Below, piece by piece: positions 32,286-43,445 of a stretch of DNA of 64,000 nucleotides. Under the pieces are notes generated by a model, which searched no databases, was not told the DNA's origin, and was given only the letters and a program-made list of their open reading frames with translations. This DNA is from an uncultured Acidobacteriota bacterium (GTDB lineage Bacteria; Acidobacteriota; Blastocatellia; RBC074), in the NCBI GenBank assembly GCA_963796275.1, contig CAWCKY010000004.1:256001-320000 (forward strand), written 5' to 3'. The position numbers were made by a program, and so were the translations under genes. How positions within the stretch are numbered: the stretch's first letter is position 1; the number at the start of each line of letters is the position of its first letter.

Positions 32286-32357
32286 AGCTTTCAGTTTTCA
32301 GTTTTCAGTTTTCAGTGCTGATCGAGGCAGTTCAGCTGAAAACTAAAAACTGAAATT
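32286..32357. repeat. Heptamer-armed palindrome (core GCTGATCGAGGCAG)
   Basis: (TTTTCAG)n...(CTGAAAA)n; near-duplicate at 32557-32617. Confidence 0.8.
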
Positions 32358-32414
32358 AACTGCTCAGCCTCTTCGCCGCGTCAGCGGCGGTTGATTGTAG
32401 CCGTGGGTTTTAAC

Positions 32415-32514
32415 CCTTGCCATTACCCAAACTTTGCGCTAATGGTATCTCCGCCCCAACGTTGGGGCGGAGATCATATATTCAAAAAGCATAAAAGTTT
32501 GGGTAATGGCAAGG
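32415..32514. mobile_element. 100-bp MITE with perfect 21-bp terminal inverted repeats and a 6-bp target-site duplication
   Basis: TIR CCTTGCCATTACCCAAACTTT / AAAGTTTGGGTAATGGCAAGG; TTTAAC at 32409-32414 and 32515-32520; internal 28-bp perfect palindrome. Confidence 0.85.
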
Positions 32515-32617
32515 TTTAACCCGCGGTGGCGATAGATATTTTCTTCATTGATAAACAGTTTTCAGTTTTTAGTTTTCAGTTGCTGATCGAGACAGCTCAA
32601 CTGAAAACCGAAAACTG

Positions 32618-33721
32618 TTATTCATAACTCAGTGCATCTATCGGATCCTGGCTGGCCGCGCGCAACGCCGGATAGAGTGCGCCGAGAGCCCCGCTCAGCA
32701 ACCCGGCGATTGAAGCGTATAAAATCGAGGCCGGTTCCAGATCGATCGTCCATCCGAGGAAAGTGACGAGAAAGAATCGCGCGATTACGGCCACCGCCAA
32801 TCCGCCGATGACACCGAGCAGGCTGATCAAAATCGCCTCTTTCTCGAATGTCCAGGCGATCCAGAATTTCGACGCGCCGAGCGATTTGAGAATTCCGATC
32901 TGGCGGGTGCGTTCCGAGACTGTCGAATACATTGTTAACAAAATGACGAGCAGGCTGATCACGGTCGCCAAGCCTCTGACTACGTCGAGAAAAACGTTGA
33001 AGGCGGCAAACCCGGTAACGAAAAGTTTGGGCAAATCGCGCGTGAAGATCACCCGGTAATCCGGGAATTTATCGACTATGCGCCGCGCAACCAGCTCCTG
33101 TTCATCGGGGTTCTGGCATTTGACGAAGACCATCGAACACTTGGCTTCCGCGCCCAGCGCCTCCTGCATCGTGGAAAGCGGCACCTTGATGCGCGGGCCG
33201 CTCTCGGGCTCATAGATGCCTACAATAGTAAAATCGCGTCCGAGGCCGTTGACCTTGTCGCCGAGCTTGGTTTTATTGTCCCTCGCGTATTGGACGTCGA
33301 CTATGGCGAAATCTCCGGAAGCGGGCAGGGGTTCCCCCTGGGTTATTCGCAATTTGCTGGCAGCGGTAAAACTGTCGAATTCAATGCCATCAATCTGGCG
33401 AACTCCGAGTCCGCCCTCCCCTCCCATCTCCAGTTTCTGGCCCACCGGCGTGACTGCGGCAATTCCCGGAATGGAGCGAAAGCCGTCGATCTCACTCACT
33501 GGAATGATCATATCCGCCGAAGTGAACGAAAGTCCCTGACCGCCCTGGCGAAGCATTATTTCGATTCCGATATTGGCGTCACGCATTCCACGTTCACGCA
33601 ACAATCCGCGCACCAGACCGACCGTCATAACGATCAGGATGACCCCGACGGCGACGCCTAGAATGCTAGCGAATGTGCGGCCGGGGTGATGAGTTAAATT
33701 CGATGTTACAAGGTTATTCAT
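32618..33721 (-). CDS. ABC transporter permease (MacB/FtsX family)
   Basis: N-terminal TM, periplasmic domain, ERTRQIGILKSLGA and PALRAASQDPIDAL. Confidence 0.9.
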   Translation of the reverse strand: MNNLVTSNLTHHPGRTFASILGVAVGVILIVMTVGLVRGLLRERGMRDANIGIEIMLRQGGQGLSFTSADMIIPVSEIDGFRSIPGIAAVTPVGQKLEMGGEGGLGVRQIDGIEFDSFTAASKLRITQGEPLPASGDFAIVDVQYARDNKTKLGDKVNGLGRDFTIVGIYEPESGPRIKVPLSTMQEALGAEAKCSMVFVKCQNPDEQELVARRIVDKFPDYRVIFTRDLPKLFVTGFAAFNVFLDVVRGLATVISLLVILLTMYSTVSERTRQIGILKSLGASKFWIAWTFEKEAILISLLGVIGGLAVAVIARFFLVTFLGWTIDLEPASILYASIAGLLSGALGALYPALRAASQDPIDALSYE

Positions 33722-33831
33722 TATTTTTTATGGCATTCAGGATAAATATCATTCGATCTTGACCCAGAGGTGGGAGCGAGCGGGCCATTCCCCACCCCGA
33801 TACATCTTTATCCCTTCCTTCAGGTGGGAAA

Positions 33832-36504
33832 TCAAGCTGCTCGATTTATCAACATTTTCTCAATGATGGCTGGCGCGGCTTTCAATGTTTCATCGAGCTT
33901 TTCAGGCAAAGCGCCGCCCTCAGCCAGGTCCGGCTTTCCTCCGCCTTTTTTGCCGCTGATCGCCGTCAGCTCTTTTATCACATCGCCCGCCCGTAGGCGG
34001 CTGGTCGCATCCTTTGAAACCATCACAACCAGAGAGGCCGTACCGTTGGCGACTTCTCCGAGTACCACCACCCCGGGCGCAATCCGCTTGGTGAGCGAAT
34101 CGGCGAGCTGGCGCCGCCCGTCCTTGCCCAAATTATCGACTTTGAGAACTTTGACTTTGATCCCATCGATCTCTGTCACTTTTTCATCAGACGGCGCGGC
34201 TACTCCCTGCGCGAGTTTCAGTTTCAGCCGTTCGATCTCGCGCTGCTGCTCACGCAGTTGAGTCTGCAGTCGCTCAACCTCGCCCGGTAAACTGCGCGGC
34301 GCTGTATTGAGTCGCGCCGCCGTCTCGGTAAGCAGCGACTCGGCCTGCTGAAAACGCTCATATGCGCCCTTGCCCGTCACCGCTTCTATGCGGCGTGTGC
34401 CCGAGGCGATCGAAGCATCGGAAATGATCTTGAACGCCCCGATGTCGCCGGTCGCATTGACATGCGTCCCTCCGCAAAGCTCGGAAGAAAACCCGGGCAC
34501 GCTGACGACGCGTACGTTTTCGCCGTACTTTTCACCGAAAAGCGCTATCGCTCCGCTCTGCACCGCTTCATCGAACGACATCTCCTCCTTCGAGACGCCG
34601 ATATTTTTGAGCGTCTCGTTATTGACGAGCCGCTCGATCTCCCCGATCTCTTCGGACGTCAAGGGGGCGAAATGCGTAAAGTCGAATCGCAGGCGATCCG
34701 GCGCAACCAGCGAGCCAGCCTGTGTAACGTGTGGGCCCAGGACTTGTTGCAAGGCCGCCTGCAGCAAATGCGTCGCTGTATGATTAGCCATGGTCCGCGC
34801 ACGTTTCTCCGCATCGACATGCGCGTCGACCTTATCGCCGATCTTCAATTTGCCCTGTTCGACTGTAACGTTGTGGGCTATCACGTCGGGCGCCGGCGAT
34901 CGTGTGTCGGTCACCAGTAGCCGCGCGTCTTCGTTCTCGAGAATCCCGGTATCGCCGATCTGCCCGCCCGACTCGGCGTAAAATGGCGTGCGATCCAGCA
35001 CGACCTCAGCTTGATCGCCCGCGACGAGCTCATCGACCGCCTTGCCATTTCTGATCAGGGCGGTAACTCTCCCTCCCGCCAGATCGGTCCCCGAGTAACC
35101 CGTGAAGATCGAGCGGCCCTCGATGCGCTGGTAAGCCGGGTTTATTTGCCTGGCGGCGCCTCCCCTCCAGCTTTCACGCGCCCGCTGGCGCTGCTTCTCC
35201 ATCTCGGCCTCAAATCCCGCTATATCGATCTGAAAACCTTGTTGCTCGGCAACGTATTCAATCAAATCCAAACGCAGACCATAAGTGTCATAGAGCTTGA
35301 AAACGTCAGTTCCCGAGATGGTCTTCCCGCCCGTCTTCTTCATCACGTCATCGAGGACTTTCAGCCCGACACCGACCGTCGAGCTGTAGCTCTTCTCTTC
35401 TTTCTGTACGATCCGCTCGATATTTCCCCGGCTCTGCCGCAGCTCAGGATAAGCGTCTCCGAAAAGTTCGATAACGTAGTTGGTAACCTTATAGAAGAAG
35501 AGATCCTTTAATCCCAGCTTGTTGCCGTGCCAGATGGCGCGTCGCATGATCTTTCGCAGCACGTAACCGCGTTGGTCGTTGCCGGGGAAGACGCTATCGG
35601 CGATCAGAAATGCGGCGGCACGCGCATGATCGGCTATGACGCGCATCGAGATGCTCTCTTCGCTGTCATCATAAATATATTTTCGGCCGGCGAGGTTCGC
35701 GGTGAAATCTATGATCGGTCGGATCAGATCGGTCTCGAAGTTTGACTTCACCCCCTGGAGCACTGCGGTAACGCGCTCCAGTCCGGCGCCCGTATCGACA
35801 GACGGTGCGGGCAGCGGGTCGAGTCTGTAGCTACCGGGTTCGACCTCGATCCGGTTGTATTGCATAAACACGAGGTTCCACAGCTCTACCGTGACATCGC
35901 CCGGGCCGTTGACGTACTCGGCGCGGTTGAACTCGGGGTCCTCCGGGTGCTCGCCCAGGTAATAGTTGATCTCCGAATTTGGGCCGCATGGTCCGGTTTC
36001 CGCCATCTGCCAGAAATTGTCTTTCCGGCCGAAACGCAATATGCGCTCCGGGCGTGCGCCGAATTTGACCCACAATCGGGCAGCCTCATCGTCGGCGGGA
36101 ACCTCATCGTCCCCCTTGAAGACGGTAAACCACATTCTTTCGGGATCGAGTTTGTATTCGTTGACGAGCAGATCCCAGGCGAAACGGATGGCATCTTCTT
36201 TGAAGTAGTCGCCGAACGAGAAGTTGCCGAGCATCTCGAAGAATGTATGATGACGCGCGGTCTTTCCCACCTCGTCGAGGTCGTTGTGCTTGCCGCCTGC
36301 GCGCACGACCTTCTGGGACGTGGTGGCGCGCTTGTAATCGCGTTTCTCGATCCCTAGGAATACATCCTTGAACTGATTCATACCGGCGTTCGCGAAGAGC
36401 AGGGTGGGGTCGTTCGCCGGAAGCAGCGGAGACGATTTGACGATCTTATGCCCGTTTTTGGCAAAATAATTGAGGAAAATGTTTCTAACTTCGTTACCTG
36501 TCAT
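33832..36504 (-). CDS. alaS: Alanine--tRNA ligase (start MTGNEV at 36504)
   Basis: LFANAGMNQFK, HHTFFEMLGNFSFGDYFK, DTGAGLER, HTATH and ELCGGTH. Confidence 0.98.
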   Translation of the reverse strand: MTGNEVRNIFLNYFAKNGHKIVKSSPLLPANDPTLLFANAGMNQFKDVFLGIEKRDYKRATTSQKVVRAGGKHNDLDEVGKTARHHTFFEMLGNFSFGDYFKEDAIRFAWDLLVNEYKLDPERMWFTVFKGDDEVPADDEAARLWVKFGARPERILRFGRKDNFWQMAETGPCGPNSEINYYLGEHPEDPEFNRAEYVNGPGDVTVELWNLVFMQYNRIEVEPGSYRLDPLPAPSVDTGAGLERVTAVLQGVKSNFETDLIRPIIDFTANLAGRKYIYDDSEESISMRVIADHARAAAFLIADSVFPGNDQRGYVLRKIMRRAIWHGNKLGLKDLFFYKVTNYVIELFGDAYPELRQSRGNIERIVQKEEKSYSSTVGVGLKVLDDVMKKTGGKTISGTDVFKLYDTYGLRLDLIEYVAEQQGFQIDIAGFEAEMEKQRQRARESWRGGAARQINPAYQRIEGRSIFTGYSGTDLAGGRVTALIRNGKAVDELVAGDQAEVVLDRTPFYAESGGQIGDTGILENEDARLLVTDTRSPAPDVIAHNVTVEQGKLKIGDKVDAHVDAEKRARTMANHTATHLLQAALQQVLGPHVTQAGSLVAPDRLRFDFTHFAPLTSEEIGEIERLVNNETLKNIGVSKEEMSFDEAVQSGAIALFGEKYGENVRVVSVPGFSSELCGGTHVNATGDIGAFKIISDASIASGTRRIEAVTGKGAYERFQQAESLLTETAARLNTAPRSLPGEVERLQTQLREQQREIERLKLKLAQGVAAPSDEKVTEIDGIKVKVLKVDNLGKDGRRQLADSLTKRIAPGVVVLGEVANGTASLVVMVSKDATSRLRAGDVIKELTAISGKKGGGKPDLAEGGALPEKLDETLKAAPAIIEKMLINRAA

Positions 36505-36570
36505 ATGTCTATTTATAGCACTTTTATGGCCCTTTATAGCGCCGAATCTGATCATCGATTGAAAAGGCTA

Positions 36571-36600
36571 ACAGTAATGTCCGGGGCTATTCTTTGTCAA
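36571..36600 (-). promoter_or_regulatory. Putative sigma70 promoter of alaS
   Basis: TTGACA-18 bp-TACTGT. Confidence 0.5.
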
Positions 36601-36771
36601 ATTGAGTTTCCTTCACCGATAAAATCAGCGAAAGAGAAAGTGCCGAGCCGGGCAGAAACAGCTCATCCGCAGTCGTTTGTGTCTTTTTTGCGATTTTTGT
36701 GATGAAATGTCGGTTGAGATTAGGCCGAAAATTTAATGCAACCACCCATTTCACTAACTGAGGAAATCGGT

Positions 36772-37377
36772 ATGTCAGACAAGAACACTCTCTCTGAACG
36801 ACAACGCGGACTCGAAACCGAGTATTTTCGAAAAAAAGAACAGGAATTGATTGAGAAGATGCGCCGCCGGACGGAACTCGCGGAAGATCGCCAACAGATG
36901 GCCGAAGCCACCGGTGTGGCTGATCAGGAAGTCCTCGAAGCATTGCAGGAGCTCGGGTATACGGCGATGACGATCAGGCTCATGCCGATCGTCCCGCTGG
37001 TGCAAGTTGCATGGGCCGAAGGTGGCGTCACCGCGAATGAGCGTAAATTGCTACTCGAGATCGCAGAGGCGCGCGGCATCACTCCCGAAACGCCCGCTTA
37101 TGACCAGTTGATTGGATGGCTCGAGCGCGAGCCGCCACAGGACTTCTATGACAACACTCTGCGCGGCCTGCGCATACTGCTCCACGCAATTCCGGACGAT
37201 CTTCGCGAAGCCAGCCGGCAGAGCCTGGTCGAGTATTGCGCCCAGATCGCCGAGGTCTCCGGTGGAATCCTGGGTTTCGGGAAGTTCTCAGATGACGAAC
37301 GACGATTGATCGCACGAATTGCCACTGAAATCGGTCAGTCGCGTGAAAAAGCCGTGAAGAAGGTGATTGGGGACTAG
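36772..37377 (+). CDS. Hypothetical helical protein with TerB-like domain, paralog 1
   Basis: RBS GAGGA before ATG 36772; VAWAEGGVTANER TerB-like motif; charged N-terminal helix. Confidence 0.65.
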   Translation: MSDKNTLSERQRGLETEYFRKKEQELIEKMRRRTELAEDRQQMAEATGVADQEVLEALQELGYTAMTIRLMPIVPLVQVAWAEGGVTANERKLLLEIAEARGITPETPAYDQLIGWLEREPPQDFYDNTLRGLRILLHAIPDDLREASRQSLVEYCAQIAEVSGGILGFGKFSDDERRLIARIATEIGQSREKAVKKVIGD

Positions 37378-37459
37378 TTTTCAGTTTTTAGTTTTTAGTT
37401 GAGAGATTCTTGATTCACAACTGACAACTGGTTTCCGAGGAGGTAAGGAGGAGGTAATT

Positions 37460-38059
37460 ATGTCCGATAGAGACATCTTCGCCGAACGCGAACACTGGCT
37501 TGAGGAGGAATATTTTCGCAAGAAGAATCAGGAGCTGATCGAAAAGCTCCATCGCCAACAGGCGCGCGAGGCCGAACATCAGCAGATTGCGCAGGTCATC
37601 AACGTCTCAGATCAGGAGGTGATAGGCGCACTACAGGATCTGGGCTATACCCCTGAGACGGTGCACCTGCTCTATCTCATCCCGCTTATTCAGGTCGCCT
37701 GGTCCGAGGGCGGATTGGCGGATCGCGAGCGCGCGACGATCTTAAAGGTGGCGGAGACGCACGGCGTCGTTTCCGGCAGCCCTGCGCGTCAGCAATTGAC
37801 CGAATGGCTCACTCTCAAGCCTTCGGAAAAATTTTTCGAAGATAACCTGCGCGCCATCCGAGTTATATTCGAATCCCTGCCTCCCGAGCAGCGAGATATC
37901 AGGCGGCGCGACCTGATCGATTCATGCAATAAAATTGCCTCCATCGTCGAAGGCGGCATTATGGGCCGCGCGCAGATTTCCGACGCCGAGCATATACTGA
38001 TAACGCATATTGCGATGGAAATCGGGCATCGGCCCAATGCCGGTACACACCAGCGCTAA
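37460..38059 (+). CDS. Hypothetical helical protein with TerB-like domain, paralog 2
   Basis: Strong RBS GGAGG; aligns end to end with paralog 1 (EYFRKK-x-QELIEK, LQ-x-LGYT, QVAW-x-EGG). Confidence 0.7.
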   Translation: MSDRDIFAEREHWLEEEYFRKKNQELIEKLHRQQAREAEHQQIAQVINVSDQEVIGALQDLGYTPETVHLLYLIPLIQVAWSEGGLADRERATILKVAETHGVVSGSPARQQLTEWLTLKPSEKFFEDNLRAIRVIFESLPPEQRDIRRRDLIDSCNKIASIVEGGIMGRAQISDAEHILITHIAMEIGHRPNAGTHQR

Positions 38060-41000
38060 AATACAAATCGCAGCGAAAACTGCATCAATCGCGGCGAACG
38101 CGCTTCTATAACTTTGCCAAACCGCTCATCCACCTGAACGCCCGAGGCATCGAACTGAGCGTCGGTGTCCACGTTCGAAAACTGCGTGTGGTTGAAGACA
38201 TTGTAAATCTCCCAGCGCAATTGCAGTGAGGTTCTCTCCCCTTTGAGAGGGATGTTTTTGAAGAGGGAGATGTCCCAGTTGTTCGTTCCCGGCAAACGAA
38301 TTACGTCTTTCGGCGCATTGCCGAAATCGCCTCTGGCCGGAAGCGCGATAGCCGACGTGTTGAACCAGCGATCGATATTGCGTTCGCCGCGCGGCAGAAT
38401 CGGATTACCGGTGAGCACGAGGCGCGCGCCATCACCGCCGCCGGTTATATCGGCGTTGTCGATGGTCGAATAGCCGATGCCTCTGGGCGTGCCGCTGGCG
38501 AAAGATGTGATCCCGGAAATCTGCCAGTTATCGAACACGTGACGGATGACGCGCTTGTTCCACAGCAGGCTGGGCTCAGGCAAATCCCACGTGTAGTTGA
38601 TCACCATCACGTGCGTTTGATCGAAACCGAGCGCCTTGCCATAGTTCCAGGATCCTATGCGGGCGAATCGAAGCTAGACCATCTCGATCGCCATCGGCAT
38701 AGTTCATCGTCTTCGACCAGGTATATGCGACGCCGAACTGCAGGCCGCGCGTGAAACGGCGGTTGGCCGACATCTGCAACGCGTTATAGTTCGAGATGCC
38801 GGCATTTTCATAATAGGTGATGCCTCCATACCCGGGGTAAGGGCGCAGGAAATCATCCCGCAGCACGATGCCATCGACAATGTTCTGCGGCTGGAACCGC
38901 GCGCCGTACGGGACCGGATTTATGTTGCGGTTCTGCTGCAGATGCCTGCTCACCGATCCCACGTATGCGATGTCTACGACAGTCCCGGACCCGACATCCC
39001 GCTGAACTCCCAGCGTGTAGTTGTAGGTCACCGGCGTCGGAGCGTCGGGGTCGAAGCCCGTCACGCTGCTCGGAAATAGCACGCCGGTAGACGAAAGCAG
39101 CATTTCGAGGTTCCCATTGAATATGCGCGGATTATCCGATATCGGCGGATTGCGTGAGACGTCATTCCATATCGCATTCGCGCTCACCCGCGTTTGATTG
39201 AATACGCCGACGCTCCCGCGGACCGCCGTTTTCCCGTCTCCGTTTATATCCCAGGCGAACCCGAAGCGCGGTTGTACCAGGACCGGCTGTTGGTTCCTGA
39301 ACCCGCGCGGGTAACCACCGTCAGTCCCGAGGACCATCCCGTTGTAAGGATCACCTGTACCAGGCACGAACGCGCCGATGAGTATGGCCGGCAAAGTGGA
39401 ATCCCCGGTTATCGGATCGCGCGCTCGCTGGCTGTCGGACGGACATTCTTCGCTGGCTGGCACCGCGACAGCACATGTCGGCTCATAGAACAGCGGGGCC
39501 CTGGAGGGGTCGTATCGATCCAGCGAAAATGCCGCTGATTTGACCGTGCTCTGATACCACTGATTGTACCAGGCGAAGCGCACGCCGTATTCGAGGCTGA
39601 ACCTGCGAGTCGCCTTCCACGAATCCTGCACGAACCACTCGACCAGACTCTGTCGTCCCTCGCCGCTGGGCCGGCTCGTCGATTCAGTATACGAACTGAA
39701 ATTGCCCAGAATGGCGTTCGCGTATGCATAGCCTGAATCTAACGGGTTATTGACGTTGCTGCCGAAGCTGAGTTCGCCGGCAAAAGTCGCGGTCGCGCCT
39801 TCGTAATTTCGGACTCGCTCAACATAGATGCCCGCCTTCAAGGTGTGCGAGCCGCGAATGAGCGATACTGTGTCGGTAAAGGAGATGAAGGTATCGGCGC
39901 CGCGCAGCGGTGTCCGGCCATCGTAGGTGATCTCCGCAGCATTTAAGATTCCTGAGAATCCGACGACGCGTGGGATGATGCTCAGCGGATTGAGCTCGGG
40001 GTGAAATTGACCGAGCGTAATGCCGTATGTATCCCTCTGCAATTTTGCCAGTTCGTTGTTATCGATCGGCGGTCCCTTCTCAACGCTGTGGCGCACGCCG
40101 AGCGAGGCTTCGTTCACGAGCTGCGGCGAAAAGATGTGCGTCCAGTTGCCCGTAATGCCATTGTCGGTAAATGTGTAATGCAAGCCGGCCAATCCCCAAT
40201 TGGAAGTCCCGGCCGGCACGGCGATGCCCTGATTGTCGGCGTACCACGTCGAGCCGCGTACATAGAAACTGTCCTTCTCCGAAGGCCGGTAATCGGTGCG
40301 AAAGAGATGCTGCCGTTTGGGTACCTTGATGCTCTCCTGGAACAGGTAATTGTAATTACCATTTGTGATGCTGCGATCCAAGGCATTCGGCAGCGGAAAG
40401 ATATTGAGGATCGCTTGACCGTTCTTGTTAATCAGCTCGGTGGGAATGATGTTCCCGGCGAAGGTTCCTCCGTCCGGGTTGCGGATAGACACGGGACTCT
40501 GCGAGAAATCTCCATTGCGTTCGCGCTCGGTGGGAACGGTCACTTGCCGCAGCCCCTGCGGATTTAAGGTCTGCGAGTCCTCGAAGGAATAAAAGAAGAA
40601 GAGCTTCTCCTTCAGTTTGTCGGTTACTTTGGGAATCCAGACCGGTCCTCCGAGAGTGAAACCGAGCGTGCCGAAACGGTAGCGCGGCTTGGGAACCGGG
40701 CCAGTCTCTCCGGTGAGCGGCGATAAGACTATATTACTGTTGTTGAAGAAATTGTTGGCGTTGAATTGCTCGTGGCGTTTGTAATAGTAGCCGCTGCCGT
40801 GGAATTGGTTGCTCCCGGATTTCGTAATGATATTGATATTGGCGGAAGAATTGCCCCCATATTCCGCCTGAAAACTGTTGAGCAGCACCTTGACCTCGCC
40901 GATCGCGTCAAAATTGATCGTGCTGCTGAATACTTCGGGGCTTCCCAGATCATTCCCGCGCACGCCATCCACGCTCATCGTATTCCACGTACTGCGGCCG

Positions 41001-41569
41001 CCCTGAATGTTGGGCGTGCTGCTGCCATAGCCGCCGCCAGCCGATTCGCTCTGCCCCTGGAGCGATACTCCGGGGAGTATGCGCAGCAGCGATGTCACGT
41101 CGCGTCCGCGAATCGAGACCAGCTCAAGTTGACGCGATGATATCAAAGCCGAATGTTCCGTGCTTTCTGTCTGCACCGGAGTGCCTTCCGCCTGGGTTGT
41201 GACAGTCTCGCTGAGCTCACCGACCTTCAGCGACAATTCTCCCACTGAGAGATGTTCGTTGACCGTCAATACATTTCCTTGCCGCTCGAAGCTGCTGAAA
41301 CCGCGATACTCTACCTTGATCGTGTAGTTGCCCGGTTGTACGGCCGTAAAGACGAAATCACCCGATTCGCTGGTCGTGACGTTTCGCGCGCTCTTGGTCC
41401 GCTCATTGATGATGGAGACCGCAGCCCCCGCAAGAGCCCCTCCCGAAGCATCTACAACTGTCCCGGAGATGGTTCCGGTCACTGTCTGCGCCCAGCCCGG
41501 GGCGCTCGCCGTTACCGCCAGAATCAATGCGACAAGATAAAACGAAAACTTCTTCTTATATGTAGACAT
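38056..41569 (-). pseudogene. Oar-like TonB-dependent receptor with a single frameshift near 38650
   Basis: Signal peptide, CarboxypepD_reg-like domain, plug and barrel (QPRFGFAWD); removing one base joins RPHRI to WNYGKALGFDQTHVMVINY and the terminal SLRFVF. Confidence 0.85.
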
Positions 41570-41745
41570 GGCCTCAATCCCCCCTGTGACAGTGGAGCAG
41601 TTCTCTAACCCGCCTCTGCCTATAAAATTCTGCTGGCAGGGAAAAAACCCAGCTCCTACATTTTTATTGTTTCGAAATTGCCGCCCGCAAAGATCGCGAA
41701 GATATAGACGGCCTAACTGCTTTCATTCTTGCAATGAGACTATAT

Positions 41746-41756
41746 TGGTTATACCA
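41746..41756. promoter_or_regulatory. Probable FadR/GntR operator
   Basis: TGGTTATACCA palindrome (TGGT-N3-ACCA) between the TBDR and the divergent GntR gene; weaker TGGTGTAACCT at ~41942. Confidence 0.65.
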
Positions 41757-41965
41757 CTGGAAAGATGGTGTGGCTTATGACATGATGGGTGATGAGGGTC
41801 AAGGCAGCTGACGGAAAGAGACGAAAGGCGAGGATAGCTGATCAGCAATGATGACGGGGCGCCGTCTCTCCCTATTGCCCATTTTTACCGCTTGACACGA
41901 TGGCGTTATAGGTGATACAGGGATGTGGCTCCCAAATGAAGTGGTGTAACCTCTTGGGTCACAAT

Positions 41966-42700
41966 ATGATCAAAACGAAGGGTTCGACGTTTCGCCGCCA
42001 ACAGCCGGCACGTAATGGGCCGACGGCAGAGCAGGTGGTAGAGCAGATCCGCGCACTGATCGGGCGCGGCGAACTGCACCCCGGCGACCGCCTCCCGGCC
42101 GAGCGCGAGTTGGCGAAACAACTTGGTATTAGCCGTCCATCCCTGCGCGCCGGCCTGCGCATGCTGGTGGCGATGGGTCTGCTGCGCGCCCGGCACGGAT
42201 CGGGAACATTCATCGCCGATGGCCCGCCGGCGTTGGGCAGCGAACAGCTCAGTCTGCTCGCCGAGCTGCACGGCTTCACATTCGATCAGATGTTCGAGGC
42301 CCGGTGCGTGCTTGAAGTTCAGATAGCCGGGCTGGCGGCCGAACGAGCGACAGCCGAGCATCTGGCGACTATCGCGGAGGAAGTGGCGAATATGTACGCC
42401 ACGCTCAATGACCCTCAGCAATATCTGATTCACGACATCCGCTTTCACCGCGCCATCGCCGCGGCGTCTAACAATCCGATTCTGGCTACGATCGTCGAGA
42501 TGGTCTCGGCTGTCATGTATGATCGGCGGCGCGAGACGATCGGTCGCGCCCACGATTTTAAAGAGTCGATCGATATGCATCAGCGGATATATCGCACGAT
42601 CCGCACGCATAAACCTGATGAAGCGCGCGCGGCGATGCATGAACACCTGGTCCTCGCACAGAAGGCATATAGCACGGAAAAAGACGAAGATGCGCCTTGA
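41966..42700 (+). CDS. FadR/GntR family transcriptional regulator
   Basis: wHTH PGDRLPAERELAKQLGISRPSLR...GSGTFI; FCD domain DIRFHRAIA. Confidence 0.93.
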   Translation: MIKTKGSTFRRQQPARNGPTAEQVVEQIRALIGRGELHPGDRLPAERELAKQLGISRPSLRAGLRMLVAMGLLRARHGSGTFIADGPPALGSEQLSLLAELHGFTFDQMFEARCVLEVQIAGLAAERATAEHLATIAEEVANMYATLNDPQQYLIHDIRFHRAIAAASNNPILATIVEMVSAVMYDRRRETIGRAHDFKESIDMHQRIYRTIRTHKPDEARAAMHEHLVLAQKAYSTEKDEDAP

Positions 42701-43445
42701 GAACAAAATAGCCATCGTGACCGGGGGCGGCGGCGAGATAGGCAGCGCCACTGCTCTGCGCTTGACTGGCGAAGGCGCCACCGTAGTTGTGGCTGACGCC
42801 AACATAGAACAAGCCGATAGAGTTGCCGCTGCAATCCAATCCAAGGGTAGAAAGGCGTGGGTTTGCCACACCGATGTTTCAGAGCGCGCTTCCGTCGAGG
42901 CGCTGGCTACGGCGGTCTGGTCGCGACACGGCCAGATCGATATATTGTGCAATATCGCCGGCATCGCTCCTCCGGCCCACTTTCTGGAAACGAGCGATGA
43001 GAACTGGGATAGAACGATCGATGTCAATTTGAAAGGCGTCTTCCTCTGTTCGCAGGCTGTGGCGCGACTTATGGTCAAACAGGGGCGCGGAACGATAATC
43101 AATATGGCTTCGACCAACGGCCTGGTGGGTGAGGCAGGCCTCGTCGCCTACAACGCCTCGAAATTCGGAGTGGTCGGGATGACGATGACCGCGGCAATCG
43201 AGCTCGCGCCTTACAACATCCGCGTGAACGCGGTGGCGCCGGGAATGATCCGCACCAAACTTTCACAGGCCGTGCTGGACGCCGATCCGGAACTGGCCAG
43301 GGCCTATCTGAGAGATAAAATTCCGATGGCCCGCTTCGGCGAGCCGGATGAAGTGGCGGCCGCAGTGGCCTTTCTCGCTTCGGATGATGCGAGCTTCATT
43401 ACCGGACATTCGCTGGTTGTCGACGGCGGGCAGCTTACGTTCTGA
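42690..43445 (+). CDS. SDR family oxidoreductase
   Basis: TGGGGEIG, NIAGI, YNASK, NAVAPG and ITGHSLVVDGG. Confidence 0.93.
   Translation: MRLENKIAIVTGGGGEIGSATALRLTGEGATVVVADANIEQADRVAAAIQSKGRKAWVCHTDVSERASVEALATAVWSRHGQIDILCNIAGIAPPAHFLETSDENWDRTIDVNLKGVFLCSQAVARLMVKQGRGTIINMASTNGLVGEAGLVAYNASKFGVVGMTMTAAIELAPYNIRVNAVAPGMIRTKLSQAVLDADPELARAYLRDKIPMARFGEPDEVAAAVAFLASDDASFITGHSLVVDGGQLTF

Noticed and set aside
41892-41920. TTGACA as the -35 box for the GntR gene
   Set aside because: No acceptable -10 hexamer at 16-18 bp spacing.
41906-43117. 403-aa minus-strand ORF
   Set aside because: Antisense to the well-supported GntR and SDR genes, with no motifs of its own.
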